Shown here one piece after another: positions 18,146-28,189 of a DNA stretch of 64,000 bases (positions within the stretch are counted from its first letter, which is position 1; each line of letters begins with the position of its first letter). This stretch comes from Acidobacteriota bacterium. Lineage in GTDB: Bacteria; Acidobacteriota; UBA6911; RPQK01; JAJDTT01. The notes beneath the pieces were generated by a model. It did not search any database. It saw only the letters and a program-made list of their open reading frames with translations, and was not told where the DNA came from. The position numbers and the translations under genes are program-made. The stretch covers positions 3,264,001-3,328,000 of the forward strand of contig CBDCJH010000002.1 in the NCBI GenBank assembly GCA_965217775.1. The letters run 5' to 3'.

Positions 18146-19741
18146 CTAATGGAACTGCAATGAGAAGAGGTCGCCGTCGCGGATCTCGATCTTCATTCGA
18201 ACCGTCTGGGCAGCCAGGGCGGACAGGTCGGAACCGCCCTTCCACTTGACGGTCCGCTGCAGCTCGTCGCCGAAGATCAACTTGCAATCGTCCAGGCCGT
18301 AGCCGTCCAGGGGATCTCCCCGCTGGTCCTGGATCTCGACCCGGAGGCTGCCCGCGGCCGACGTGGAGTAGTTCAACGTGAGCCGGGAGCCTGAGAACCG
18401 GAACGGCCGGGTCCGGACGGTGCCGCCCTGGAAGTTGCCCTGCAGCGAGACGAATCCGTCTTCCCGCAGCACACCCCGCCGGATTTTGACCGACTGGGTC
18501 CCGTAGTTCTCCACGTAGTAGAGGGACATCTCGCCATCGCCCGTGGGAACCAGGGTCGGTCCCACCTCGATGGCTCTGCCGTGCCAGTTCCGAATGTCTC
18601 GCCCCGGACGGATGAAAGCCTCACGAAAACGCGTGAACCGGATGCCGTCCCGGCTGAACATGAAGACGATGTCCGAGAGTCCGGCGCAACCGTAGATCCA
18701 GGTGATGCCCGGCACCTCCATGCTGGAGCAATCGGGCTCGTTTCCTCTGGGATCCATGTAGACGTGGGGCCAAGCCGGGTCGAAGACCCGCTCCGGCAGG
18801 AACCGCTTGGGAAACATGACCATCAGGTCGGGCCTTCGATAGTAGGGAACGGCGGCGTTCTTGTAGAGATGTTCGTCGGGAGTGCTCCGGTACTGAAGGT
18901 ACTCGGGTTCGGACCAGTTCAGGAAGTCCTTGGAGGTGAAGCGCCGGATGTCCCGTATCCTGGGCACCGTGAACTCGGTCCCCGAGGGCAACTGGGCTGT
19001 GACATGGTAGAGTTCCTTGCGGACGGTCTTGGAACCATAAGGGACGCTTCCCCGGCGGTACCAACCGCGGGCATAGATGGCATAGTGCCCGCGTCCCGGG
19101 TCCCAGAGCCCGATGTTGTGCGAATCCAGCGCCCCGTCTTCCCACGGCGGCTGCAGCAGCTTCCGCTCCCGGATCAGGCGCCATCGAAGCCCGTCGGGAG
19201 AGACCAGGCCGTAAATGACGGGCCGGTCGTGGCCGGCCCCCGGCTCCTTTCCGGTGCAGATGGACTTGTAGCGCTCGTCCGGCGGAGTCTCCGGGTTGGG
19301 GTCCTTGAAGATGGCGAGAGTGGAGCAGATGCCCCCCGGAATCGGCCAGACCAGGTTGTTCTGCTTGGAGCCCTTGAACTCGATGAGGTTCAGTTCCGGC
19401 TTCACCCAATGGATGCCGTCGACGCTCTCGGCGTAGGCCCAGAGGTGGGGCCGCGAGGGCCCGCCCCCCCGGTACCACATCCGGTAGCGGGAGCCATCCT
19501 TCATGACGCTGGGGTCGTAAAGATAGAGTCCCTCCCAGGGGCGATCCAGTTGGATGGCCACCTCCGCGGCGCGGGGCCGGTGCAGTTGCCGGTAAACGCC
19601 GTCCAGCGAATCCACCAGCCAGTCGTCCACGAATAGCTGGAGGTCGGTGCCCACGTCACGCACTTCGCGATGGCCGGCACCATGCACGGAAGCGGCCAAT
19701 AACAGAGTAAAAATCGCTCGGAGGATGACCTGCATGACCAT
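18146..19741 (-). CDS. Secreted beta-propeller + beta-sandwich glycosidase-like protein (paralog 1)
   Basis: Signal peptide; QLFVDDWL, PWEG, YAESxDGIHWxKP (BNR-like), EHLYKN, DGFVS, GSLRVEIQD and DLFSLQF motifs. Confidence 0.75.
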   Translation of the reverse strand: MVMQVILRAIFTLLLAASVHGAGHREVRDVGTDLQLFVDDWLVDSLDGVYRQLHRPRAAEVAIQLDRPWEGLYLYDPSVMKDGSRYRMWYRGGGPSRPHLWAYAESVDGIHWVKPELNLIEFKGSKQNNLVWPIPGGICSTLAIFKDPNPETPPDERYKSICTGKEPGAGHDRPVIYGLVSPDGLRWRLIRERKLLQPPWEDGALDSHNIGLWDPGRGHYAIYARGWYRRGSVPYGSKTVRKELYHVTAQLPSGTEFTVPRIRDIRRFTSKDFLNWSEPEYLQYRSTPDEHLYKNAAVPYYRRPDLMVMFPKRFLPERVFDPAWPHVYMDPRGNEPDCSSMEVPGITWIYGCAGLSDIVFMFSRDGIRFTRFREAFIRPGRDIRNWHGRAIEVGPTLVPTGDGEMSLYYVENYGTQSVKIRRGVLREDGFVSLQGNFQGGTVRTRPFRFSGSRLTLNYSTSAAGSLRVEIQDQRGDPLDGYGLDDCKLIFGDELQRTVKWKGGSDLSALAAQTVRMKIEIRDGDLFSLQFH

Positions 19742-19823
19742 TATTCTCCATACTATCGCCGACTGCGTCCAGAGAGCGGCCGGCGGGGAGCTCCCGGGCC
19801 CAACACGAGAGTTGGACGAAGGA

Positions 19824-21722
19824 ATGAAGAGAGCAATGAATCACATGATCACGAGACTTGTAGTCATTCTGATCCTGGCGGGTTTCCCCCTGCTGGCGGA
19901 GGTGGAGATCGCCGTCGACACGACCCTGCCGCCCCCCGGATGGGCCCTGATGCAACGGGAGCTGCTGCGCACCCAGGCGGCAGCTTGCAGGAAGTTCTAC
20001 GAGAAGTACTTCGATGACCGGGGATACCTGATCTGTACCGAGCGATGGGGGGCTCTGGACGGTCCCGACGACGCCATCGAGAACCTCCGGGACTGGCCCA
20101 TCCTTCATTCTCTGGGGGCCTCCGACGACGTCCTGCACATGTACAAGAAGGCCTGGGAGGGACACCTGCGGCAATACACCCTGGCCAAAACCACCGACGT
20201 GGAGTTCGCCCGCGACGGCATGTACTTCAAGGAGTTCCACACCAAGATGGACTGGATCCACATCGGAGAGGGGCTGGTGGTTCTGGAACAGCAGGCGCTC
20301 TCCGACCCGGAAGACGTCCTCTTCCAGCGGCGCATGCGCCGCTTCGCCGGTTTCTATATGGACGAGGACCCTGGCGCGCGCAACTACGACCCCGAACACA
20401 AGATCATTCGAAGTCTCTTCAACGGGAGCCGGGGTCCGCTGCTGCGGGACGCGAGGCCTGAGGACTGGGCCGGAGACCCCATCGAGATCGAGAACCGCTT
20501 CCAGCCTCTCCACAGCGAAAAGAACTACCAGCTCATGCTGGAGCATTTCGAAGACTACACCGACATCGTCGGCGACCACCCTTTGAACCTGTTGTCCACC
20601 AGCCTGGCCACCCAAGCCTACATGCTGAGCCACGAGGAGAAATACAAGAAGTGGGTGCTGGAGTACGTGGACGCCTGGATGGAGAGGATGGAGGCCAACG
20701 GGGGGATCATTCCCTCCAAGGTGGGATTGGACGGCAAGATCGGTGGCAAGAACGGCAAGTGGTACGACGGAGCCTATGGATGGGGGTTCACGGTCCGGGT
20801 GCCCGACACCACCACCTACGTCAACCGCAACCAGCACGAGTATGGTCTCGTGGGTTTGACCAACGCGTTTCTGCTGACCGGCGACCGCAAGTACTTGGAC
20901 GCCTGGCGGCGACAAATGGATGTAGTCAACGCCAACTCCAAGATGGTGGACGGCCAGACGGTCTATCCTCAGATGTACGGCGATCAGGGCTGGTACGCCT
21001 ACCGGCCTCAAAAATACTCCGAGGGCGCTTTGGACTTGTTCTTCTTCCTGATGGAGGAGAAGGAGCGAGCCCTTCTACCGCGGCGCGGCTGGCTGGATTT
21101 CCTGGAGGGGAACGATCCGGGCTATCCCGAACGGGCCATGCAGGACGACTTCCTCACCATCCGGGACAAGATCGAGGCCATGGGCCGGGACGAAACCACT
21201 CCCGATACCCGACTGGCCGACGATCCCATGAGGTTCAGTCCGGCCCGGGTCGGCTCCCTGGTCCATCTGATGCTTGGGGCCCTGAATCACCTGGCGCACG
21301 AAACCCGTTTCCGGCTCAGCCTGGTGAAGGACGCCCAGGACTACATCAATCGCGGCATGGAACACCGGAAACGGATCGGTCACCTGGGGAGCCTGCTTCA
21401 CGCCCGTCTGCGTTATTTCGATCCGGACCGGAAAAGGCCAGGCATTCCCCAGGACGTGGCGGCCCTGGTGACGGAAATGACCCCGGACAAGACCACCGTC
21501 ACCTTGGTCAACGTCAATCAGCTCGAGCCGAGAACCGTCATCGTCCAGGGAGGCTCCTACGGAGAGCATCAGTGCCTTTCCGTGACGGTGAAGGGAGAAG
21601 AGATCCCCGTCGACGGTCCGTTCTTTCGAGTTCGGCTGGGACCGGGCGCGGGGACGACGTTGGCCATCGCCATGAAGCGATTCGCGAATCAACCGACGCT
21701 GATGCTGCCTTGGCGCCGGTGA
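19824..21722 (+). CDS. Conserved secreted hypothetical protein, probable (alpha/alpha) barrel
   Basis: Signal peptide; RWGALDGPDDAIEN, DWIHIGEG and RLRYFDPDRKRPG motifs; good codon bias. Confidence 0.75.
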   Translation: MKRAMNHMITRLVVILILAGFPLLAEVEIAVDTTLPPPGWALMQRELLRTQAAACRKFYEKYFDDRGYLICTERWGALDGPDDAIENLRDWPILHSLGASDDVLHMYKKAWEGHLRQYTLAKTTDVEFARDGMYFKEFHTKMDWIHIGEGLVVLEQQALSDPEDVLFQRRMRRFAGFYMDEDPGARNYDPEHKIIRSLFNGSRGPLLRDARPEDWAGDPIEIENRFQPLHSEKNYQLMLEHFEDYTDIVGDHPLNLLSTSLATQAYMLSHEEKYKKWVLEYVDAWMERMEANGGIIPSKVGLDGKIGGKNGKWYDGAYGWGFTVRVPDTTTYVNRNQHEYGLVGLTNAFLLTGDRKYLDAWRRQMDVVNANSKMVDGQTVYPQMYGDQGWYAYRPQKYSEGALDLFFFLMEEKERALLPRRGWLDFLEGNDPGYPERAMQDDFLTIRDKIEAMGRDETTPDTRLADDPMRFSPARVGSLVHLMLGALNHLAHETRFRLSLVKDAQDYINRGMEHRKRIGHLGSLLHARLRYFDPDRKRPGIPQDVAALVTEMTPDKTTVTLVNVNQLEPRTVIVQGGSYGEHQCLSVTVKGEEIPVDGPFFRVRLGPGAGTTLAIAMKRFANQPTLMLPWRR

Positions 21723-21760
21723 ATCGGGATCCGGAACCGCCTGGGAGATTTCGGTTTTCG

Positions 21761-22843
21761 TCACCCGGCTCGGCGTGCGGCGGTTCGGCTGTGGACCGTC
21801 CGCTTCCGCTCCGCCAGCCTTCCGGCCCAGAGGACGGCCTGGATCAGGCTCTGGGGATTGGCCCGTCCGGTCCACGCAATGTCGAAGGCGGTCCCGTGCG
21901 CCACCGAGGTGCGCACCAGGGGAAGGCCGAGGGTCATGTGGATGCCCCGGTCGAAGGAGATCATCTTGAAGGGAACGTGGCCCTGATCGTGATACATGGT
22001 CACGATGGCCTGGTAGCGCGAACGGACCGCGGGCACGAAGAGGGTGTCGGCCGGCAAGGGCCCTTCCACGTCCATTCCCTCCCGGCGGGCCGCCTTCACC
22101 GCGGGACGAATCACCCGCTCCTCCTCGCCGGAACCGAAGAGCCCGCCCTCCCCCGCGTGGGGATTGAGTCCTGAAACCGCCAGCCGCGGCGCCGCGCCGC
22201 GCAGATTCACCACCGCATCCCGAGTCAGCCGAATGGCCTCCAGCACCCGGTCCGTGGTGAGTTCCCTGGCGACCCGTTCGACGCCGACGTGGCCCGTGAC
22301 CATGCTGACCCGCAGCTCGTCGGAAGCCAGCATCATGTAGACCGCCGGGGAACCGGTGGCAGCGGCCAGGTAATCGGTATGCCCCGAAAAGGGGATTCCG
22401 CCGGCTTGCAGGGCCTGCTTGTTGATGGGACCCGTGGCCAGGGCCGCGAATTCACCGCTCAGGGTCCTGGTGGCGGCCGCTTCCAGAAAACGAAAGGCGG
22501 CGCGGCCGCAAGTCGCCTGGACCCGGCCGGGGCGAATTCGATAGGCCTCCAACCCGCCCAGATCGACCACGGCGGGAGGGGATTCGGCAAGATCCGAGTG
22601 TCCCTGGACCCCGGTCACGACCCGATCCGGCCGGGGAAGCCGGCAGGCGCGGGCGACGCGGTCCAGCACCTCCGCGCTCCCGAACACGACCGGGACGCAA
22701 CGCTCCTGCACCTGGAAGTCGGCCAGCAGTCGCAGGCAGATCTCAGGTCCGATCCCGGCCGGATCTCCCATAGTGACGGCCACGCGGGGCCGCCGCTTGG
22801 AAGCTGTCAAGTCCCTGCTCACGCCGTTCGCTCCCTCCCGCAC
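21761..22843 (-). CDS. pdxA: 4-hydroxythreonine-4-phosphate dehydrogenase (PdxA/PdxA2 family)
   Basis: TMGDPAGIGPE, GHTD, GLNPHAGEGGLFG, MYHDQG and RTSVAHGTAFDIA motifs. Confidence 0.92.
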   Translation of the reverse strand: MREGANGVSRDLTASKRRPRVAVTMGDPAGIGPEICLRLLADFQVQERCVPVVFGSAEVLDRVARACRLPRPDRVVTGVQGHSDLAESPPAVVDLGGLEAYRIRPGRVQATCGRAAFRFLEAAATRTLSGEFAALATGPINKQALQAGGIPFSGHTDYLAAATGSPAVYMMLASDELRVSMVTGHVGVERVARELTTDRVLEAIRLTRDAVVNLRGAAPRLAVSGLNPHAGEGGLFGSGEEERVIRPAVKAARREGMDVEGPLPADTLFVPAVRSRYQAIVTMYHDQGHVPFKMISFDRGIHMTLGLPLVRTSVAHGTAFDIAWTGRANPQSLIQAVLWAGRLAERKRTVHSRTAARRAG

Positions 22844-22931
22844 CCATGTCGTTGACGCTCAACGGTTTCGGACCCTTGGAGGTCAATCCGGGTGGAACCG
22901 CAATCAGAGGATGATAGCAGAACGCCGGGGG

Positions 22932-24218
22932 TCAATGGTTCGGTGCCGGCGTGGGGCGGCCGGCTGCTGCGCGGCCTCCGCCAAGCCCCAGAACCTCGTC
23001 TACGCTCCGGCCCCAGAGGGCCTCGATCTCGGGATTGAGATCGTACATCCACTTCACCAATTCTTCAGTGGAGGCGCGCCGTCCGGACCGGGCGCGCCGG
23101 GAGCCCTGCAGATGCGGGGACAAGGCCTGGGCCAGATCGGCGCTGAAGTAGACGGCGCCCCGATGAGAGAGATGATGTCCGTCCACGAACAGGCCGGGAT
23201 CGCTGTAGTCGCGCCTGGCGCGGAGGATATCCACCTTCTCCCGGGCCGCCAATGCCTCCAGCCGGGCTTGGTTCCGGGACATGACCGGATCGTGGACCCC
23301 GCGGAAGGTGTCGTGGACCGGCATGATGAGAAGCAGCGGCGTGATCCCCTGGTTGCGGCACGCCTCGAACAACCCCACCAGGTTCTCCTCGTCCAGAAGA
23401 GTCTCCTCGTCGAAGCGGGCGCGTTTGGTGAACTCCCCCGTCATGTGTCCGCCGTAGGGTTGCGGACCCCAGCCGCAGGCGGTCTTGAAGCCGGAGCGCC
23501 GCTCCAGATCTTTGAAGTGAACCGGAGTGGCTCTGGGGTCCCCCGCATTCCGGTAGCAGTCGTTCAGGAACCAGCAGCCCAGATCGGGAAGCAGCTCCTG
23601 CTCGATCAGGTCTTGCCGGTAGCGAAACAGGCCGAGCCGGTAGGAGAGGAAGCGGGTGACGAAACCCTCGACGGCATCGCCGTCCGAGGCCGGCGCGTGT
23701 TCCAGCCGATAGGCCAGAGACTCCCGGTAACGGTCGATCAGCTTCCAGAGCTTGCGCTTCTCGAGCGGCCAGTCGGGACTCACCCCGAAAACCAGGAAGT
23801 CGGGACGGACCTCAATGTCCAGGAGATGGGGAAGAAACGCCTCCCGGGCGAATCGGGCCACTTGGGAGCCGGTGCCGAAGTTGAACAGTGTCTGGTGGGG
23901 GACTTCCAGCGTGCGCGCCACCACTTCGGGGACGATTCCGTTCTTGGTGCGCGAGTCACCGGTGAAGATGACCTTGGGAGGGTTGGGATATGCGCGGAGC
24001 AGCGCGTTCCGGCGGGTCACCCGGGGGTCGTGGTAGGGCAGGAGCTCCAGGTCGAACTGGGGAAGGACCAGCAGCCTACGATTCATCTCCAACAGAATGA
24101 AGTCGGCCGCGATCAGGGCCAGCACCAGACCCAGAAGGATCTTGAGGAGGCGCTTGGCAAGGCCGGGCAGCTCCCGGTTCCGGCCTCTGACTGCGGTCAC
24201 CAACGAATCTTCAACCAT
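22932..24218 (-). CDS. Membrane-anchored SGNH-like protein, MBOAT partner
   Basis: N-terminal TM helix, FTGDSR and FVDGHHLS (Ser...DxxH); directly downstream of MBOAT. Confidence 0.7.
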   Translation of the reverse strand: MVEDSLVTAVRGRNRELPGLAKRLLKILLGLVLALIAADFILLEMNRRLLVLPQFDLELLPYHDPRVTRRNALLRAYPNPPKVIFTGDSRTKNGIVPEVVARTLEVPHQTLFNFGTGSQVARFAREAFLPHLLDIEVRPDFLVFGVSPDWPLEKRKLWKLIDRYRESLAYRLEHAPASDGDAVEGFVTRFLSYRLGLFRYRQDLIEQELLPDLGCWFLNDCYRNAGDPRATPVHFKDLERRSGFKTACGWGPQPYGGHMTGEFTKRARFDEETLLDEENLVGLFEACRNQGITPLLLIMPVHDTFRGVHDPVMSRNQARLEALAAREKVDILRARRDYSDPGLFVDGHHLSHRGAVYFSADLAQALSPHLQGSRRARSGRRASTEELVKWMYDLNPEIEALWGRSVDEVLGLGGGRAAAGRPTPAPNH

Positions 24219-24282
24219 ACCGTTCCTTCGCCCGAATCGGATTATATCCCGCCGCTCAAGCCTTTCCCTCGGGAGCCGGAGG

Positions 24283-25698
24283 TCAGAACTGGAAATAGAT
24301 GAAGCTCGCCTGACCCCCGGCAAACAGATAGAGCACCAGCAGACCTCCCAACATGATCCAGCTCCAGCTCAAGGATCGCGACGCCGCCAGCCGGCGGGAC
24401 AGGCGGCCCATTCGATAGCTGAGGAGGTGGATCAGGGCAAACGCCGCGATCAGGAAGAGGGGCAAGGGGTGGCTGTCGATCAGCGCCGAGAGCCCGGCGG
24501 TGTTGTAATCCCAAAAGAGCATCTTCTTCACGTAGAAGGCCAGCTTGCCCAGGTCGGAGAGGGTGAAGATCAGCCAGCCGATGCAGGTGAGGTAAAAAGT
24601 CCCCAGGATCTTCAGGGGATCCCAGATCCGGGACCCGGATGCCGGCCGCCGCCAGATCAGGACCTTGTGGAGAATAAGGAGAATCCCCTGATACAGGCCC
24701 CAGAGGACGAAGTGCCACGCAGCGCCGTGCCAGAGCCCGCCCAGGAGCATGGTCACCATCAGGTTCACCAGTTGGCGCCGCCGGCCCTTCCGGTTTCCGC
24801 CCAGGGGAATGTAGAGGTAGTCCCGGAGCCAACTGGAGAGGCTAATGTGCCACCGTTTCCAGAACTCGGTGATGTTGCGGGAAAAATAGGGGAAGTTGAA
24901 GTTGTCCGGGAAACGGAAGCCCATGACCCGGGCCGAGCCGATGGCGATGTCGGTGTATCCCGAGAAGTCGCAGTAGATCTGGATGGCGAAGGCGGTGATG
25001 CCCAGGAACACCGCCAGCGAATCCTGGGTCAGATCCCCGTGGAAGACCGTCTCCACGAATCCCGACAGGTTGTCCGCGACACAGACCTTCTTGATGAGCC
25101 CGTAGAGGATCAGCGTCGATCCGAACCGGATCTGGTCCCAGTTGACCATGGGCATCCGGGCGAGCTGCGGCAGAAAATGGCGTGCCCGGACAATGGGACC
25201 CGCCACCAACTGGGGAAAGAAGGAGACGTAGAGGGCGAACGATCCTATGGAGCTCACCGGCTTCAACTTGCCGAAGTAGATGTCGAGCGTGTAACTCATG
25301 CTCTGGAAGGTGTAGAAGGAGATGCCGATGGGCAGGAAGATCTCCCACCCCGAGAGCCGTCCGCCGAAGCCCAGGCTACCGAACAGCGCTTCCAGGCTGG
25401 CGAGGGCGAAGTTGGTGTATTTGAAGTAGGCCAGGACCCCCAGGTTGCCGGCGATGCTGCAGGCCAGGTAAATGCGGCGCGCCCGCAGGCTCTTCGAATT
25501 GCCGATGGCACGCCCCAAGTAGAAATCCAGGGCGCTGGAATACAGAAGCAGAAGGACGAACCAGGTGGACGACACCCAGTAGAAGTAGTAGCTGGCCAGA
25601 AGCAGGAACGCGTGCTGGAATCGGCGCCTGCGGACCGAGTCGGTGACCAGGAGGACCAGCAGGAAAAAGAGGATGTAATGGAAGCTGTTGAAGAGCAT
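24283..25698 (-). CDS. MBOAT family O-acyltransferase (AlgI/PatA-like)
   Basis: LPIGISFYTFQ, FFPQLVAGPIVR, YCDFSGYTD, FWKRWHISLSSWLRDYLYIPLGG and GLWHGA motifs. Confidence 0.95.
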   Translation of the reverse strand: MLFNSFHYILFFLLVLLVTDSVRRRRFQHAFLLLASYYFYWVSSTWFVLLLLYSSALDFYLGRAIGNSKSLRARRIYLACSIAGNLGVLAYFKYTNFALASLEALFGSLGFGGRLSGWEIFLPIGISFYTFQSMSYTLDIYFGKLKPVSSIGSFALYVSFFPQLVAGPIVRARHFLPQLARMPMVNWDQIRFGSTLILYGLIKKVCVADNLSGFVETVFHGDLTQDSLAVFLGITAFAIQIYCDFSGYTDIAIGSARVMGFRFPDNFNFPYFSRNITEFWKRWHISLSSWLRDYLYIPLGGNRKGRRRQLVNLMVTMLLGGLWHGAAWHFVLWGLYQGILLILHKVLIWRRPASGSRIWDPLKILGTFYLTCIGWLIFTLSDLGKLAFYVKKMLFWDYNTAGLSALIDSHPLPLFLIAAFALIHLLSYRMGRLSRRLAASRSLSWSWIMLGGLLVLYLFAGGQASFIYFQF

Positions 25699-25716
25699 CT
25701 CAGCCGGCGGCGGGAA

Positions 25717-26748
25717 TCACGGAATGCCAGGCCATGCTTCCATGGGGTCGGTGGACCGGACCACATGCATTCCGGCGTCGGCGAACCGGCGGAAGGCGGC
25801 GGTGGCGTCCTCCGTGTAGTCGACGACGCCGGGGACCACCACCGGCGAGGTGCAATCCTCCAGCAGGTAGACCCTGCCGGCGAAATCCTCCGGACCCGCC
25901 GAGCACTCTTCCAGGAGATGATCCACGGTCCAGGCCACGCAATGGCTCTTGGCCTGTCCCGCCACGACCACTACGTCGCAGGTCATGAGCGACTCCAACC
26001 AGGTCCGGTTCTTCTCGCCGATGGGAGCGCCGTCGGCCCCCTCCATCACCTCCGGCCCCAGAACCGAGTAGTGCTCCGTCAAGGGCGAGTCTCCCTTGAC
26101 CTGGAAATCGGGCTGGCTCTGGCGGCAGACGCTGTGAAAGAAGACGGCCTCCTCCAGGGAGGACACCAGGGCATGACCGATCCCGCCCAGCATGCCGTGG
26201 TAGGGCCAGACGGTGAGCTGGTATTGTCCTTCCTCCCGAAGCCGGCTCACATAGTGGAGCAGATGAGCCTGACCGGCCTCCGGATCCATGCCGATCTGGG
26301 AGCAGGCGACCGGATTGATTCGCCAGAGTCCCCCGCGCACGTCCTCGGGTGAGACGACGGTGTACGGATCGGGGTGCTCTCCGGCCTCGTCGATCAGAAA
26401 CAGGGGATGAAAGATCTGCACCGGACGGTGCGTGTCCAGGGTCGGACAGATCCGGGTGACGACACCCAGATTTCGATAGAGAAACCGGCACAGCCGCTGG
26501 TTGTCCTCCACCGCCGCCCGTCCGGACGCTCCCGCCACGAAGAGCTCGAATCCGGGTATGCAGAAGGTGTTCTGCACGTCCACCGCCACCAGACAGACCC
26601 GAATCCGGTCCTGGGCGGCAGGCGTGACGCTGTAGCGGACTCGCCACTCCTTGGCTTCCCGGGCTCTCTCCTGATAGGAAACGCGCCAGACCTGATCGAC
26701 CCGGTCAGGGTCGAAGTGGCGAGGAACCGGAAGTTGGGGCCAGTGCAT
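25717..26748 (-). CDS. Isochorismatase/nicotinamidase-like cysteine hydrolase
   Basis: VDVQNTF, LDTH, VWPYH, VKG and GQAKSHCV catalytic D-K-C triad. Confidence 0.85.
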   Translation of the reverse strand: MHWPQLPVPRHFDPDRVDQVWRVSYQERAREAKEWRVRYSVTPAAQDRIRVCLVAVDVQNTFCIPGFELFVAGASGRAAVEDNQRLCRFLYRNLGVVTRICPTLDTHRPVQIFHPLFLIDEAGEHPDPYTVVSPEDVRGGLWRINPVACSQIGMDPEAGQAHLLHYVSRLREEGQYQLTVWPYHGMLGGIGHALVSSLEEAVFFHSVCRQSQPDFQVKGDSPLTEHYSVLGPEVMEGADGAPIGEKNRTWLESLMTCDVVVVAGQAKSHCVAWTVDHLLEECSAGPEDFAGRVYLLEDCTSPVVVPGVVDYTEDATAAFRRFADAGMHVVRSTDPMEAWPGIP

Positions 26749-26758
26749 TCGAGCGGAT

Positions 26759-27034
26759 TCAGCGGTTGTAACCGGTCTCCTCGTACCACTCGGCGTTGAT
26801 CTCGAGGTAGTGTTCCCACTCCTCGGGAACTTCGTCGTCCGGAAAGATGGCCTCAACGGGGCACTCGGGAACACAGGCACCGCAATCGATGCACTCCTCC
26901 GGGTCGATGTAGAGCATGCTGGCGTCGACGAATTCGGTCTCATCGGCGCGGGGATGGATGCAATCGACCGGACAGGAATCCACGCAGGCCGTGTCCTTGG
27001 TTCCGATACAGGGCTCAGCGATGACGAAGGTCAT
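26759..27034 (-). CDS. fdxA: 7Fe ([3Fe-4S][4Fe-4S]) ferredoxin
   Basis: MTFVIAEPCIGTKDTACVDSCPVDCIH and CIDCGACVPECP motifs. Confidence 0.92.
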   Translation of the reverse strand: MTFVIAEPCIGTKDTACVDSCPVDCIHPRADETEFVDASMLYIDPEECIDCGACVPECPVEAIFPDDEVPEEWEHYLEINAEWYEETGYNR

Positions 27035-27094
27035 GATCTCCTCCCTCGTAGAACCTATCCAATTTAACGGAAAAAGAATCCAGGTCAAGCGGAA

Positions 27095-27143
27095 CGGCGG
27101 CTTTCCAGCCGCCGATTTGGTGGAGGTAGGGGGAGTCCCCCTG
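27095..27143. repeat. Two adjacent REP-like hairpins in the divergent fdxA/WYL intergenic region
   Basis: CGGCGGCT-TTCC-AGCCGCCG and GTAGGGGGAGTCCCCCTGC. Confidence 0.4.
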
Positions 27144-27200
27144 CTACGTCCCCTCCAGATTTTCCCCCGGGCGAATGCGGTGTCGAGTCACGTCACAGAC

Positions 27201-27209
27201 TGTTAGAAT
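27201..27209 (+). promoter_or_regulatory. Extended -10 promoter (TGnTAGAAT) of the WYL operon
   Basis: TGTTAGAAT ends 8 nt before the GTG start; no Shine-Dalgarno. Confidence 0.5.
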
Positions 27210-27217
27210 ACCGCTCA

Positions 27218-28189
27218 GTGAACCGCACGGAACGCCTTCTGGACTTGATCGCGTACCTCCTCAACTCCAGCGACCCGGTCTCCTGGAGAGAGATCAAGAA
27301 CCACTTCCCGGAAGACTATTCCCGAGGCGTCGAGGAGTCGAATCAGCGAAAATTCGAGCGCGACAAGGCCGAGCTCATCACCTTGGGGATTCCCATCGAC
27401 TATAAGAGCGGGGCCGAGGTGTCCAAAGAGGGCTACGTCATCCGGGAGGACAAGCTCTTCCTTCGCGAAATCGAGTTCGATCCCACCGAGTCCTCCTTGC
27501 TGATGCTTTCGGCGGATGCCGTCCGGGACAATTCAAACTTTCCCTACCAGGCGCAGCTGAAATCGGCTCTCTACAAGATCATCAGCGTCAGTCAGGTGAC
27601 CCCTCCGCCTCCCGAATTGAAGATCTCCTTTCCCAACGGGGGAAAAACCGGCAAATGGCCGAACCTGGTGCATCAGATCCGGGAAGCCTTGGAGCGGAAG
27701 AAGAGTGTCGAGATCGAGTACTACGCCTTCTCCACGCGCGAGACGACCCGGCGCAAGGTCGATCCTTACGGCCTGATCTTGAGGAGGGGCCACTGGACGC
27801 TCGTGGGTTGGGATCACCTGCGGCAGGGGCTTCGATGCTTCGTCCTCGCCCGCATGAGCGAGGTCACCGTCAACCGGAGGCGCCCCGGGAGTCCCGACTA
27901 CACGATTCCCAGTGGATTCACCTTGAAGCCGTACCAGAACCAACAACCCTGGGAACTGGCCATCCACGAGCCGGTTCGGGTTTCGGTGGAGATTTCCGAA
28001 CACCGGTTGCCCGAACTGCTCCCCCAGTTGAACCGCGCCGTTCCCAGGGGTGAGAACCGCTTCGACCTCGAGGTGACCAATCGGTCCGGTTTCGTCTCCT
28101 GGGTTCTGGAACTGAAGACCGATGCCCGGGTTCTGGCTCCGCTGGAGATTCGAAACGAGATTCAGCGGACTCTCCGGAATCTGTTATGA
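27218..28189 (+). CDS. pafB: HTH-WYL-WCX transcriptional regulator, PafB-like
   Basis: RTERLLDLIAYLL, RKFERDKAELITLGIPI, VDPYGL..RRGHWTLVGWD..R motifs. Confidence 0.85.
   Translation: MNRTERLLDLIAYLLNSSDPVSWREIKNHFPEDYSRGVEESNQRKFERDKAELITLGIPIDYKSGAEVSKEGYVIREDKLFLREIEFDPTESSLLMLSADAVRDNSNFPYQAQLKSALYKIISVSQVTPPPPELKISFPNGGKTGKWPNLVHQIREALERKKSVEIEYYAFSTRETTRRKVDPYGLILRRGHWTLVGWDHLRQGLRCFVLARMSEVTVNRRRPGSPDYTIPSGFTLKPYQNQQPWELAIHEPVRVSVEISEHRLPELLPQLNRAVPRGENRFDLEVTNRSGFVSWVLELKTDARVLAPLEIRNEIQRTLRNLL

Noticed and set aside
27181-27209. Canonical mycobacterial PafBC promoter (TGTCGG-N10-TAnnnT)
   Set aside because: Spacing is 17 rather than 10; kept only as a weak variant finding
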